This document shows, piece by piece, positions 1 through 9,511 of a stretch of 64,000 bases of DNA (its first letter is position 1; every line of letters begins with the position of its first letter). Both the position numbers and the translations under genes were made by a program. A model generated the notes under the pieces. It did no database searches. It saw nothing but the letters and a program-made list of their open reading frames with translations, and was not told where the DNA came from. The DNA comes from a plasmid, in sequence record NZ_CP104760.1; one strand, 5' to 3'.

Positions 1-26
1 GGAGAGCGTGATTGATTTAAGCTGTT

Positions 27-626
27 TCATTGGCTGTCCTTGCCTCCAAATGTTTCAATTGTCAGGAAATTAACAATATCGTCACCGGTGTTATCAGAGA
101 CCAGAAGGTCACGCCAGGCCTCAATATGTGGCTCTACCCAGGAGTGCGCCTGGCACATTGAACTCAGGGACGCGAGCAGCGGGTCGCTGATTTCATTTGC
201 GCCTGTAATGGGTGTCAAAGACGCCAAAAAACTTCTGTCCAGAAAGGAGTCTAAGCTCTCTCCCGTTCTGAGCACCACCTTCCGGCAGAAGCGGTCATCC
301 GTTTCGAGGCGGGCGGCATCCTCTGACTCAATGCCGTCAATTAGCATAAACATATAAAGGTCCGCCGTCTGGGGTTCTGCAAGGATGTCACGGACGTCTG
401 CGGCCCACCGGAATGCACTCTGAACAGTACTCAGCGAATTGCTAAATGCCGTGATCAACACAGTGCGCCATCCAGCCGTTTCCCGATTAATACGTTTGAG
501 CTGAATTGCAGCCATGTCGATATCAACCGATGGCAAAATCATTTTTTCCAAATCTGGCAAAAGAACGTCATAACGACCTTCAGCACGCCGGGTTATTGAG
601 GTTATGAGTTCATGAGTTGTTGGCAT
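27..626 (-). CDS. Hypothetical protein (about 199 aa), second gene of a two-gene operon. The likely start is the ATG at 626, preceded by an AAGGAG Shine-Dalgarno sequence and one nucleotide after the upstream stop, so translationally coupled. The ORF track's longer form starts at 665.
   Basis: Long ORF on the minus strand. A perfect SD (revcomp of 633-638) sits 7 nt upstream of the ATG. No recognisable catalytic motifs. Confidence 0.5.
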   Translation of the reverse strand: MPTTHELITSITRRAEGRYDVLLPDLEKMILPSVDIDMAAIQLKRINRETAGWRTVLITAFSNSLSTVQSAFRWAADVRDILAEPQTADLYMFMLIDGIESEDAARLETDDRFCRKVVLRTGESLDSFLDRSFLASLTPITGANEISDPLLASLSSMCQAHSWVEPHIEAWRDLLVSDNTGDDIVNFLTIETFGGKDSQ

Positions 627-627
627 A

Positions 628-2535
628 TCAGACTCCTTTCGTATTCTTCTTGATGGCTGATTCACGCGCGAGTTGCCGTTCCTGCCATTGCTTACTGAAG
701 TGCTGACGTACGGATTCTAGTGTCCCCTTACGCAGCTGTTGATATACCCCTGACCGGGTGATGAGGAGGTGCGGTTGACGCGCTGCCGCCATACTGGTTG
801 CTGTCTCTGCGTCATCCGCCATGTCTAAGTTTAATAATTCCGAAGGGGATGTATTGACGCCCGACAGGATGACGATGGGGTCTGGATTCGGTCCGATAAC
901 GGATAATAATGGATCGTCTGACAGCGCCCGTACGTCAGACGTGTCACCCAGCGGCCCAGACCAGTATTTGAGCGCAATGCTCAAGACCGAGCCGCCTTCC
1001 TGAAAGGACTCCCAAGTGTTATTGCCTCTGGAAAATCCGACTGCAACTAACAGTAAGGTTTCAACCGCAGTAACGAGCAGATTTACAGTACGAAGGCCTA
1101 AGCGAAGTGCATGCATTTCATTCTTCCTTTCCGTTTTCGGATACAGAAGCTGTTCCATGAATGCGCGTCGACTCTTGGGGTTCGCGGTAAACCCGGACTG
1201 CCATGTCTTCCAAACTATTTCCATCGCTTCAGCCAGGTCCAGATTTGGGATTGAGCTTAGTTTTTCTGAGATCCCTTGCTGAACCCGTAGCCAGAGCACG
1301 TCGTCCATTGCTTCCGTAAGGGCTTCAGCTTCCTTTCTGGCCTCAATGTGTGTCCTAAACTCGTAATCCTGTGCGCATTTCAGACGTTCAGTGTTCTCCA
1401 GCCACAGCACCTCCCTGAAGTCATCCTCTGAACTTCCCAATGTGTGACCGATTTCATATCCTACAGTATTGCGCCACATGGGTTCGCCTAGCATCAAACT
1501 CTTGCTGCCATTGGTCAGGTGCAAAGCCATACGGATGATTGCTGATGGGAGCGTGAGACTTGCTCCCAGAGGAATGGAGAGGGGGGCATATATTCTTAGT
1601 TTACGGTCTCCGTACTGTTCGTTCCACATGTGCTCCACAACCCCCTTGGCGGACCTCGGAGTGAGGCTCATCAGATCATGCGTTCCGGATAATGACCACG
1701 ATCTAAGGCCTCCGGCCGAGACGTCATTGAGTTGATACTGAGCCCAAGTTTCGATATCGGATCGAAGCTCGCCCCGAAGCTCTCGAAGGGCCGCGTGACA
1801 ACCCAGAGCGGATACGTCAGATGTTTCCGCAGATATATAGGTTATCAAGCGCTCAAGTGTCCGTTGTGGATCGCGAAAGTAACGACCGAGCAAGTCGCAA
1901 GTGTGACTTTTAAGTGCCACATCGTTACCGATGCAGTTTATATAAACACGACGTAGCACGTCCCTCACGTGGCCCCAATCGTTGAACCCACACCATGTCG
2001 TCAACCATTTATACGCCCTCTGGGTAGGGCCATCCTTTCGACTGGCTAAATCATTAAGGCTAAGTCCATCCTGGCGACAAAGGTCACAGAGCTCATCCAG
2101 ATGATTGACTGTCAGCTCATCTTTAATCTGCAGATGAGCACCTAACAGGGTCAGCTTGAATACACGATCTGGAGCCAGATTGAGTTTGCCCGATACTGCA
2201 TATCCAGCGAGGCTGGCGAAAGCCTTATCCAGAACGGAGTCTGCAGTTGTGTAGTCTGAAGAGTCGTCTTTGGTCTTTCGGGAGGACGCTTTTGTCTTGT
2301 CTGGATTTTTAGTGCAGAAGTGAGTTGTCTGACGTTTGATCTGTAGATGCTCAAAGGAGTCTAAGGTGTGCATAATGACCACATCATCCCATTCCTCAAT
2401 CCCACCTTGTTCAGCGCCGATTGCGAGTGGTGCAGGTCTGCCCCTTAAGAATTTCTCAAGCATGTCTGCTAGTCGCTGAGCAATGACCAGTTTCTCATAT
2501 TCAGACTTCCGCTCCAGCCGGAACCTTCTGATCAT
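628..2535 (-). CDS. Large hypothetical protein (635 aa) of unknown function. No P-loop, HEPN or other motif recognised. First gene of a candidate defence-like operon.
   Basis: 1.9-kb uninterrupted ORF with an AAGGA SD 8 nt upstream of the ATG at 2535. Region looks AT-richer than the rest of the window. Confidence 0.55.
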   Translation of the reverse strand: MIRRFRLERKSEYEKLVIAQRLADMLEKFLRGRPAPLAIGAEQGGIEEWDDVVIMHTLDSFEHLQIKRQTTHFCTKNPDKTKASSRKTKDDSSDYTTADSVLDKAFASLAGYAVSGKLNLAPDRVFKLTLLGAHLQIKDELTVNHLDELCDLCRQDGLSLNDLASRKDGPTQRAYKWLTTWCGFNDWGHVRDVLRRVYINCIGNDVALKSHTCDLLGRYFRDPQRTLERLITYISAETSDVSALGCHAALRELRGELRSDIETWAQYQLNDVSAGGLRSWSLSGTHDLMSLTPRSAKGVVEHMWNEQYGDRKLRIYAPLSIPLGASLTLPSAIIRMALHLTNGSKSLMLGEPMWRNTVGYEIGHTLGSSEDDFREVLWLENTERLKCAQDYEFRTHIEARKEAEALTEAMDDVLWLRVQQGISEKLSSIPNLDLAEAMEIVWKTWQSGFTANPKSRRAFMEQLLYPKTERKNEMHALRLGLRTVNLLVTAVETLLLVAVGFSRGNNTWESFQEGGSVLSIALKYWSGPLGDTSDVRALSDDPLLSVIGPNPDPIVILSGVNTSPSELLNLDMADDAETATSMAAARQPHLLITRSGVYQQLRKGTLESVRQHFSKQWQERQLARESAIKKNTKGV

Positions 2536-2754
2536 TAAGATTTTCCTTATTGCATTCTAATTCCTTATTAAAATAAGTCATGCTAACTGATTTTTTGCTC
2601 ATTTCACAGTGAGACTAAGTACAGCAATCACAAATGCGTTGGCGGTGGATAACGCTCCTCATCGGGGAGAAAAAGCGCAAATATCTCTCATGGAACAGTC
2701 TAAGGATGTGTGAATATGTTTTAAGAATCTAAACACCCCCCCCAAGGAGCCGAT
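2536..2754. promoter_or_regulatory. Divergent promoter region between the 635-aa gene (minus) and the nuclease gene (plus). Contains a C8 homopolymer at 2736-2743 immediately 5' of the AAGGAG SD of the nuclease gene.
   Basis: AT-rich 219-bp gap between two divergent start codons. The poly-C run is read directly from the sequence. Confidence 0.4.
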
Positions 2755-3621
2755 ATGACTCGCCCTTCCATGAAAGCCTTAGTAGATATGCTCAGTAAGT
2801 CTCCCAGCTCACCACCTCCCGACAAATGGCAGGATCTGGAATCCCATGTTCAGGGCGTCTATCAGAAACTACTTGATATCCAGGGTAATAAAACCATGGT
2901 CGCCCGTGACGTACAGATTTCTGGGAGAGAGGGCAGTAGCTATCAGATAGATGTTTACTATGAATTTGAAATGGCAGGTATCCGCCACCGTGTTGCGGTG
3001 GAATGCAAGAACCGCTCCCGGCCATTGGAGAGGGATAGCGTGTTGGCCTTTCATGCCAAAATCCATGAGTGCAGTCTGAGCCACGGGGTCATCGTCTCCT
3101 CAGGCGGGTTTCAGAAAGGGGCACGCGAATTTGCTGAAAAAAATAACGTTACGCTTATGGATTACTCAGAGCTGCCTTCGATAGGCAATCTTCTTTCACG
3201 AAGACTGGCAAACGTGGTTATCCCCGACGAGGATACGATAGGACAGCCTTTTTGGACCCTTTTTAATATTGAGGAATACTCCCCTTACGGACAGATCCAT
3301 CATAAGGAAGAAATCATGTCGGCTTTTCTTTTTCTGTCCCGCACTCATGCCCTGCGATTTCTGAAAGAGCAGAATCTGGACAAAAGGTGGCAGGTCAGGG
3401 GCATGGCTCAGCGGCATCTCACGTGCTATATCCTGACCTGTGATGCGTTTAATGCAAGATACTTCATTGCCCGGCCCGGGTATGCAGCTGGTGTACCGGA
3501 AAACTGTTTCTTGTTTGATGAAATAAGGAGAAAGGATCTGATCAGTGATTTCTATGAGGGCATTGATCTACCCAAGGAAGCAAACACTGCTCCAAGATAT
3601 CGTTCAATTTTTCGGAAATAA
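2755..3621 (+). CDS. Mrr-cat-type PD-(D/E)xK restriction-endonuclease-like protein with a C-terminal extension of about 150 aa of unknown function.
   Basis: Motifs QIDVYYE...VAVECKN (D-E-x-K core) followed by IVSSGGFQKGAREFAEKNNVTLMDY, typical of the Mrr N-terminal catalytic domain (PF04471-like). Good SD AAGGAG. Confidence 0.65.
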   Translation: MTRPSMKALVDMLSKSPSSPPPDKWQDLESHVQGVYQKLLDIQGNKTMVARDVQISGREGSSYQIDVYYEFEMAGIRHRVAVECKNRSRPLERDSVLAFHAKIHECSLSHGVIVSSGGFQKGAREFAEKNNVTLMDYSELPSIGNLLSRRLANVVIPDEDTIGQPFWTLFNIEEYSPYGQIHHKEEIMSAFLFLSRTHALRFLKEQNLDKRWQVRGMAQRHLTCYILTCDAFNARYFIARPGYAAGVPENCFLFDEIRRKDLISDFYEGIDLPKEANTAPRYRSIFRK

Positions 3622-4499
3622 AAAGGCTAATTCATCAAAAGGAACCGCATACTTAGTGCTATCGAATAATTAAATTCAGATTGGTATTGATTTAATACTA
3701 TGTTTAAAGCATGTGACCTGCTTTCCATTGATTATTGACTAACCTCTTTAACGATGTTCGCTTATGGCATAAAGCGGATATCGTGTCCGCAACCGGGGTG
3801 TCATCCTTATCTCAAAATGCCGCGTAGCGGCATGAAGGCGCCAGCTGGTATCACATACATTCCAGCAGCTGAACTGCGCCGGTAGCGCGGCATAGGTGCC
3901 CTCCCCCTTACCCTGTAAATCCAACCACGCCCTGCCAGACGCCCTTAAAGCAGCGGCCATAAAGGCGCACAGAACCCTGACGGTCGAAGACGAAAGAACG
4001 CCTCAGCCGCACTCCCCACAGCGACACCCATACTTTAGTTACAGCACCCATTTATCAGCCACTGCAGTACCGGCCCTCCGGGCCGGGCGGCCGGGGCTGT
4101 TCAGTATCGGTACTGGGCTTTATATGAGTAGTAACCGAGCGCGATAACGTGAAAATATGGATGACGTTTAGTATTACTACATAACTTCAGAACGCAGCAT
4201 CAATCAGGGATTGCTCGACACTGTCCTGCAGCTTATACCATGCTGCATTCAGGCGACAATTAATGTCCCACTCTGCTGGCGAAAGGCGCTGAAGGTCTGG
4301 CTTAGCTGCGTTCTGATTCGCAGGTTAAGTCCCCCACATCCTGGTATGCTGCCCGGCGTGAGGAGCACCCAATATGCGTCAGTTGTCCTAAAAAAGGCGA
4401 GACGCGCAGCCTCTGAACACTCATCTGCAATCAAGCCAACCAAAACCACGCCGCGAACCGCAGGCGCGCGCTTTGCCGTTCTGAATCACTCACCCTGTT

Positions 4500-5237
4500 T
4501 TAGAGAGTATCCCTCTTCCCATCCTCGGAGGAGCCTGATTCCCGATGCCACTTCGTCAGCATCGTCATGCTGTGTTCACGGGTGATCGTTTTCAGCATCG
4601 TCAGGCGCGCGTCATCAAATTGCGTCCATTTAAGCTGCGTCAGCACGGTGTTTTGCATAGCGTGTATCATCGCGACCTGGCCGATAAGCGAAACCGTTCG
4701 CAGGCGAGTGATCTCTGCGCTGACAGGCTGTTGGGTAATACGTCCGATAAGCTGAAAACCTGCCTGGAAGATTTTGTTCCCGATTAACTTCTGCATCAGC
4801 GCAAACGCCTGTTCCGGCCCATCGCCCATCTGTAAACGGGCATGAAATAACCGCTTGCCGGGCGAGCTCTGGCTGCCGGTGATGCGGTCAAACATGGTAT
4901 CGAGCAATGCGCAAAAAAGCGTCTTGCACTCCTCAACATCCATATCCTCGTCCGGGCTTTCAATGCGCTCCAGCAGCGGCTGGAAGAAGGCGTAACTCTC
5001 GTTAGCCAGTGAATCGACGCAGGCGAGGTAAAGCCCGTCTTTGTTCTCAAAGTAATACTGTAACGCAGGGGTGTTCACCCCGGCTGCCGTCGCTATCTGC
5101 CGGGTTGTTGCCGTCTTAAATCCCCGCTTGCCAAAAATCTCGATGGCAGCATCAATTATGCGCTGGCGCGTCTCTTCACCACGGTGATATCCGCTTTCTG
5201 TTGAATGCCTTAAGGGCTTTAGATTTTTTCCCGACAC
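4500..5237 (-). CDS. TetR/AcrR-family transcriptional regulator.
   Basis: N-terminal HTH RQRIIDAAIEIFGKRGFKTATTRQIATAAGVNTPALQYYFENKDGLY. Divergent from the efflux operon. Confidence 0.8.
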   Translation of the reverse strand: MSGKNLKPLRHSTESGYHRGEETRQRIIDAAIEIFGKRGFKTATTRQIATAAGVNTPALQYYFENKDGLYLACVDSLANESYAFFQPLLERIESPDEDMDVEECKTLFCALLDTMFDRITGSQSSPGKRLFHARLQMGDGPEQAFALMQKLIGNKIFQAGFQLIGRITQQPVSAEITRLRTVSLIGQVAMIHAMQNTVLTQLKWTQFDDARLTMLKTITREHSMTMLTKWHRESGSSEDGKRDTL

Positions 5238-5369
5238 GCCTCTCCTCCTGTCGCCTGAACGCGCATTATACGCAGTTATCTGCGGGGTTTTAAAATATAT
5301 CGCTTGACATAAATTCAGCTCACAGACAATTTATATCACGCGATATAATTTTCTTTACAGAGGTTTACC

Positions 5370-6482
5370 TTGCTGTACCTTTCAGTAGCCACTTCAGCAT
5401 CACCCGCTCACGGTGATGCCTCCAGTTCAGTAACCAGACCCAAACCTAAAAGCAAGCGGATGCGTTTACTCCTGCTGATTGCCATCGTGGTTATCGCGCT
5501 GGTTTGCGCCGTCTGGTATTTTTTGACGCGTTATACCGAATCGACCAATGATGCTTATCTTCAGGCTGACAGCGTGACGCTGGCGCCGAAGGTATCTGGA
5601 AATATCGTGGCCGTTCTGGTTAATGACAATCAGTTAGTCAAAGCAGGCGATCCGCTGGTTCGCATCGAAAACGACCAGTACCAGGCGCGGGTCAATGAGA
5701 TGCAGGCCACGATTAAAGCCCGTGAGGCGGCAATCGAACGCGCAAGAGCGGATATCACCCGTCAGCAGGCTGAGATCGAACAGGCTCAGGCTCAGTACGC
5801 CTCTGCCCAGGTGCAGTTACGTTATGCCTCGCATGAATACGATCGCTATCGCCCGCTGGCCGCCAGCGGTGCCGAAGCGAGCGAACATCTGGCCGACTTA
5901 AAGCGCAGCCGCGATGCCGCGCAAGCGGATGTCGCCGCCAATGCCGCGGCGGTAAAAGCCGCTTCCGCCCAGATTGCTACGCTGAAAGCGCAAATCGTGC
6001 AAAGTGAAGCGGAACTGGCGTCATCAAGAGCCAGTCTGGCGCAGTCCGATATCGATCTTAAAAATACGCTTGTGAGCAGCCCGATAGACGGCGTGATCGG
6101 CAACCGCACCGTTCGGGTGGGCCAGTATGTGCAGCCGGGTACCCGCATGCTGACGGTGGTGCCGCTCAACGACATTTATCTGACCGCTAATTTCAAAGAA
6201 ACGCAGCTGACCAATATGCGTCCTGGACAGCCTGCTACGCTGCACGTTGATGCGCTGCCGGATCTGAAAATTAAAGGCGTGGTTGACAGCTTCTCGCCCG
6301 GTACCGGATCGCAGTTCGCGCTGCTGCCGCCGGAAAATGCGACGGGCAACTTTACTAAAATCGTCCAGCGCGTACCGGTGAAAATCCGCATTAACGCCTC
6401 GCCAGAGGAACGTAAGCGGCTCTTACCCGGGATGTCAGTGACGGTCGACGTCGATACCCATGAACAGGGTGCAGGAAAATGA
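5370..6482 (+). CDS. HlyD/EmrA-family membrane fusion protein of a DHA2 efflux pump. Start uncertain (TTG at 5370 or ATG at 5460).
   Basis: KPKSKRMRLLLLIAIVV...NDAYLQADSVTLAPKVSGNIV and a C-terminal ANFKETQLTNMRPGQPA region align with E. coli EmrA. Long coiled-coil segment. Confidence 0.8.
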   Translation: MLYLSVATSASPAHGDASSSVTRPKPKSKRMRLLLLIAIVVIALVCAVWYFLTRYTESTNDAYLQADSVTLAPKVSGNIVAVLVNDNQLVKAGDPLVRIENDQYQARVNEMQATIKAREAAIERARADITRQQAEIEQAQAQYASAQVQLRYASHEYDRYRPLAASGAEASEHLADLKRSRDAAQADVAANAAAVKAASAQIATLKAQIVQSEAELASSRASLAQSDIDLKNTLVSSPIDGVIGNRTVRVGQYVQPGTRMLTVVPLNDIYLTANFKETQLTNMRPGQPATLHVDALPDLKIKGVVDSFSPGTGSQFALLPPENATGNFTKIVQRVPVKIRINASPEERKRLLPGMSVTVDVDTHEQGAGK

Positions 6483-8062
6483 GTGCGGCTGGCGTCACGT
6501 CGCAAGAGGCGGAAAAAGCCTCACTGTCGGACTGGATAGCGGTAATCGCCGGTGCGCTGGGGGCGTTGCTGGCCACCCTTGATATCTCTATCACCAACTC
6601 GGCGCTGCCGCAAATTCAGGGGGAGCTTGGCGCAACCGGCACCGAGGGAACCTGGATCTCTACGGGTTATCTGATGTCCGAGATCGTCATGATCCCGCTG
6701 GCAGGCTGGCTTACCCGGGTGTTTGGCTTACGAAACTTCCTCATCTCGATGGCGGTATTCTTTACGCTGTTTTCCGTTATCTGCGGTCTGTCAGAAAGCC
6801 TGCCGCAGATGGTGTTAGGGCGTATTGGGCAGGGTTTTACCGGCGGCGCGATGATACCAACCGCGCAGATGATTATTCGTACCCGCCTGCCCCGCTCTCA
6901 GCTGCCGCTGGGCATGTCGATATTTGGTCTGATCGTCATTTTGGGGCCGGTACTCGGCCCGGTTATGGGCGGCTGGCTGGCAGAAAATATCAGCTGGCAC
7001 TGGTGCTTTTTTATTAACGTGCCGGTGAGCGTGGCGCTGGTGTTTCTGCTGTTAAACGGCCTGAATAAAGAAGAAACCAACTGGACTGAATTTATTCGCG
7101 CGGACTGGACTGGCGTGCTGGGACTCAGCGCGGCGCTTAGCTCACTGACGGTGGTGCTGGAAGAGGGTCAGCGCGAGCGCTGGTTTGAGTCTACCGAAAT
7201 CTGCTGGCTTAGCGTGGTATGCGCGATCGGGTTTGTTCTGCTGCTGATCTCTCAGGTTACCGCACGCAGGCCGGTCATTCGTCTGTCGCTACTGTTTAAC
7301 TTTCGCTTTCTCAGCGTCATCGTCATCGTTTTTATCCTCGGCATCGCTCTCTACTGCATCTTATATCTGCTGCCGCAGTTTCTGAGCGGCATAGCTGACT
7401 ATAACGCCCAGCAGTCCGGAATGGTGTTGCTGATTTCAGGCATACCCAGCCTGTTGCTTATGCCCTTTCTGCCCAGACTATTGACCAAAATCGATATTAA
7501 ATTACTGGTCATATGCGGTATCGGCTTCTTTGCGTGGAGCTCTTTCCTGGACACGACGCTTACCGTGCAGAGCAACGGCGACGATTTTTTCTGGTCGCAA
7601 ATTTTGCGCGGCGCAGGACAGATCCTGGCGATGATGCCGCTGAATCAGGCGTCAATGGCGGCGGTGCGCACCGAAGAAGCGGCCGATGCTGCCGGTCTTT
7701 ACAATATGATGCGCAACCTCGGCGGCTCGGTCGGACTCGCGCTGGTTGGCATATTTATCGACCGGCAAAGCAAGCTCCACAACGATGTTATCCGCGAATC
7801 TATCAGCGCAAATTCGCCGCTGGTCACTGACAGAATGGCGGCAAGCAGCGCCGGATTTTTCAGCCAGACCGGCGATGCGGCCTATTCAGCATCACAGGCG
7901 CTGGCGCAGCTGGCGCAACAGATTCAACAACAGGCGCTGGTGCTGACCTATTCAGAAACCTTCTATCTGATGGGGTTTGCCCTGATCTGCTGTATACCTC
8001 TTACTTTCCTGTTGCGCTCGCCGCATAAGCCCGGCGCCGCTTCCAGCTCGATGAAAAAATGA
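6479..8062 (+). CDS. MFS transporter of the DHA2 (EmrB/QacA) family, 14-TM drug:H+ antiporter.
   Basis: 527 aa and very hydrophobic. Start overlaps the stop of the upstream membrane fusion protein, as in the emrAB arrangement. Confidence 0.85.
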   Translation: MSAAGVTSQEAEKASLSDWIAVIAGALGALLATLDISITNSALPQIQGELGATGTEGTWISTGYLMSEIVMIPLAGWLTRVFGLRNFLISMAVFFTLFSVICGLSESLPQMVLGRIGQGFTGGAMIPTAQMIIRTRLPRSQLPLGMSIFGLIVILGPVLGPVMGGWLAENISWHWCFFINVPVSVALVFLLLNGLNKEETNWTEFIRADWTGVLGLSAALSSLTVVLEEGQRERWFESTEICWLSVVCAIGFVLLLISQVTARRPVIRLSLLFNFRFLSVIVIVFILGIALYCILYLLPQFLSGIADYNAQQSGMVLLISGIPSLLLMPFLPRLLTKIDIKLLVICGIGFFAWSSFLDTTLTVQSNGDDFFWSQILRGAGQILAMMPLNQASMAAVRTEEAADAAGLYNMMRNLGGSVGLALVGIFIDRQSKLHNDVIRESISANSPLVTDRMAASSAGFFSQTGDAAYSASQALAQLAQQIQQQALVLTYSETFYLMGFALICCIPLTFLLRSPHKPGAASSSMKK

Positions 8063-9462
8063 TGAATAAATTCAATAAACTCTCCTATACCATGCTGATG
8101 TTGCTGCCTGTGCTGACAGGCTGTACGGTCGGCCCGGATTACCATGCGCCCGCCAGTCCGGTTAAAGCCACTAAATATGCCCGGCTTCCTGATACAGGCT
8201 TCGCCACCTCGCCGACGGCGTCAGCATGGTGGACAACGCTAAACGCTCCGCTGCTGAATCAGCTCATTGACGAGGCGTTAAAAAATAACCCCGATATCGG
8301 CATCGTACGCGCACGGCTACGTCAGGCGCGGGCGACGCTGAGCGGCAATGAAGCCAATGAATATCCTTCGTTGTCGGCGTCAGGCGCCGCGGTTCGGGCG
8401 CATCTTCCCGACAGCGTGGCGACAGGCGAAAAAAATCCGCTGTCGTTGTACACCACCAGTTTTGACGCCAGCTGGGAGGTAGATCTCTTTGGCGGTACGC
8501 GCCGGGCGATTGAAGCGTCCCGCGCCATGGAACAGGCGAACATGGCGAACATTGCGGATGCGCAGGTTTCCATCACGGCAGAGGTCGCCAGAAATTATCT
8601 GATGCTGGCCGGTGCGCGACAGCAGCTGGCGTTGCTGAAGCGTTCCGTAGAGGTGCAGCAGCAAATGCTCACCCTTACTCAGCAAAGACGACGTCAGGGA
8701 ACAGCCAGCGACAGCGATGTAGAGCGCCTCGTTACGCAGCTTGAAACAACCCAGTCTCAGCTGTCGCCTTTGCAGGCGGATATCGATGCGTATCTGGATA
8801 CGCTCGCTTTCCTGGTTGGGAAAACGCCCGGCGAGCTTGATGGCATGCTGTCAAATATTGACACTCTGCCGCAGCTCCCCTCTGACATTAACGTTTCCGA
8901 TCCGGGCTCGCTGTTAAAACGCCGGCCGGACGTGCGCAGCGCAGAACGCCAGCTTGCTGCGAAAACGGCGGAGATTGGCGAACATAAGGCGGACTACTTC
9001 CCCAAAATTAATCTTGTCGGGACCCTGGGGTTCAGCACGGCCGAGGGCGCACTGCTTGAGAAGCAGAATATGTCATGGATGCTGATCCCATTTCTGCAGT
9101 GGAACTTCCTGGATTTCGGCCGGGTACGCGCCCAGGTCGATAAGGCTCAGGCGGAGCGCGACGAAGCGGAAGCGCAGTGGCGTAAGACGGTGCTGGATGC
9201 GTTACGCGATGCCAACTCCTCACTCTCCCGCTACGGCCACCAGCGGCAAAACGTGGTTGATCTCTATCGCGTAAGCGCGTCGGCGCAGCACGCCAGTTCG
9301 CTCGTACAGCAGCGCTATAAAGCGGGCGCTGCCAGCCTGATCGACTATCTGGACAGCGAACGCACCCTGCTGACCGCCCAGCAAGATGAGATTAATGCCC
9401 AGACGCAACTCACCGTCGACTTCGTAGCGTTACAGAAAAGTCTGGGTCTGGGTTGGCAATAA
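8059..9462 (+). CDS. Efflux outer-membrane factor lipoprotein (NodT/OprM family).
   Basis: Signal peptide plus lipobox LTGC, about 467 aa. Two-repeat outer-membrane efflux protein architecture. Start overlaps the upstream stop. Confidence 0.8.
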   Translation: MMNKFNKLSYTMLMLLPVLTGCTVGPDYHAPASPVKATKYARLPDTGFATSPTASAWWTTLNAPLLNQLIDEALKNNPDIGIVRARLRQARATLSGNEANEYPSLSASGAAVRAHLPDSVATGEKNPLSLYTTSFDASWEVDLFGGTRRAIEASRAMEQANMANIADAQVSITAEVARNYLMLAGARQQLALLKRSVEVQQQMLTLTQQRRRQGTASDSDVERLVTQLETTQSQLSPLQADIDAYLDTLAFLVGKTPGELDGMLSNIDTLPQLPSDINVSDPGSLLKRRPDVRSAERQLAAKTAEIGEHKADYFPKINLVGTLGFSTAEGALLEKQNMSWMLIPFLQWNFLDFGRVRAQVDKAQAERDEAEAQWRKTVLDALRDANSSLSRYGHQRQNVVDLYRVSASAQHASSLVQQRYKAGAASLIDYLDSERTLLTAQQDEINAQTQLTVDFVALQKSLGLGWQ

Positions 9463-9511
9463 CGTGCTGGAGACCCGACACTCTGTTTTTCATAAAACGC
9501 TAACGGATACT

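Noticed and set aside
3622-4499. Searched for a tRNA/tmRNA gene as an island integration site
   Set aside because: No cloverleaf-compatible arrangement (acceptor stem, T-loop GTTCRA, CCA context) could be found by eye. Only a GC-rich hairpin is present.
4211-4585. 124-aa plus-strand ORF in the islet/core spacer, overlapping the tetR 3' end
   Set aside because: No SD, Arg/Ser/Pro-rich, and it overlaps a convincing TetR gene on the opposite strand.
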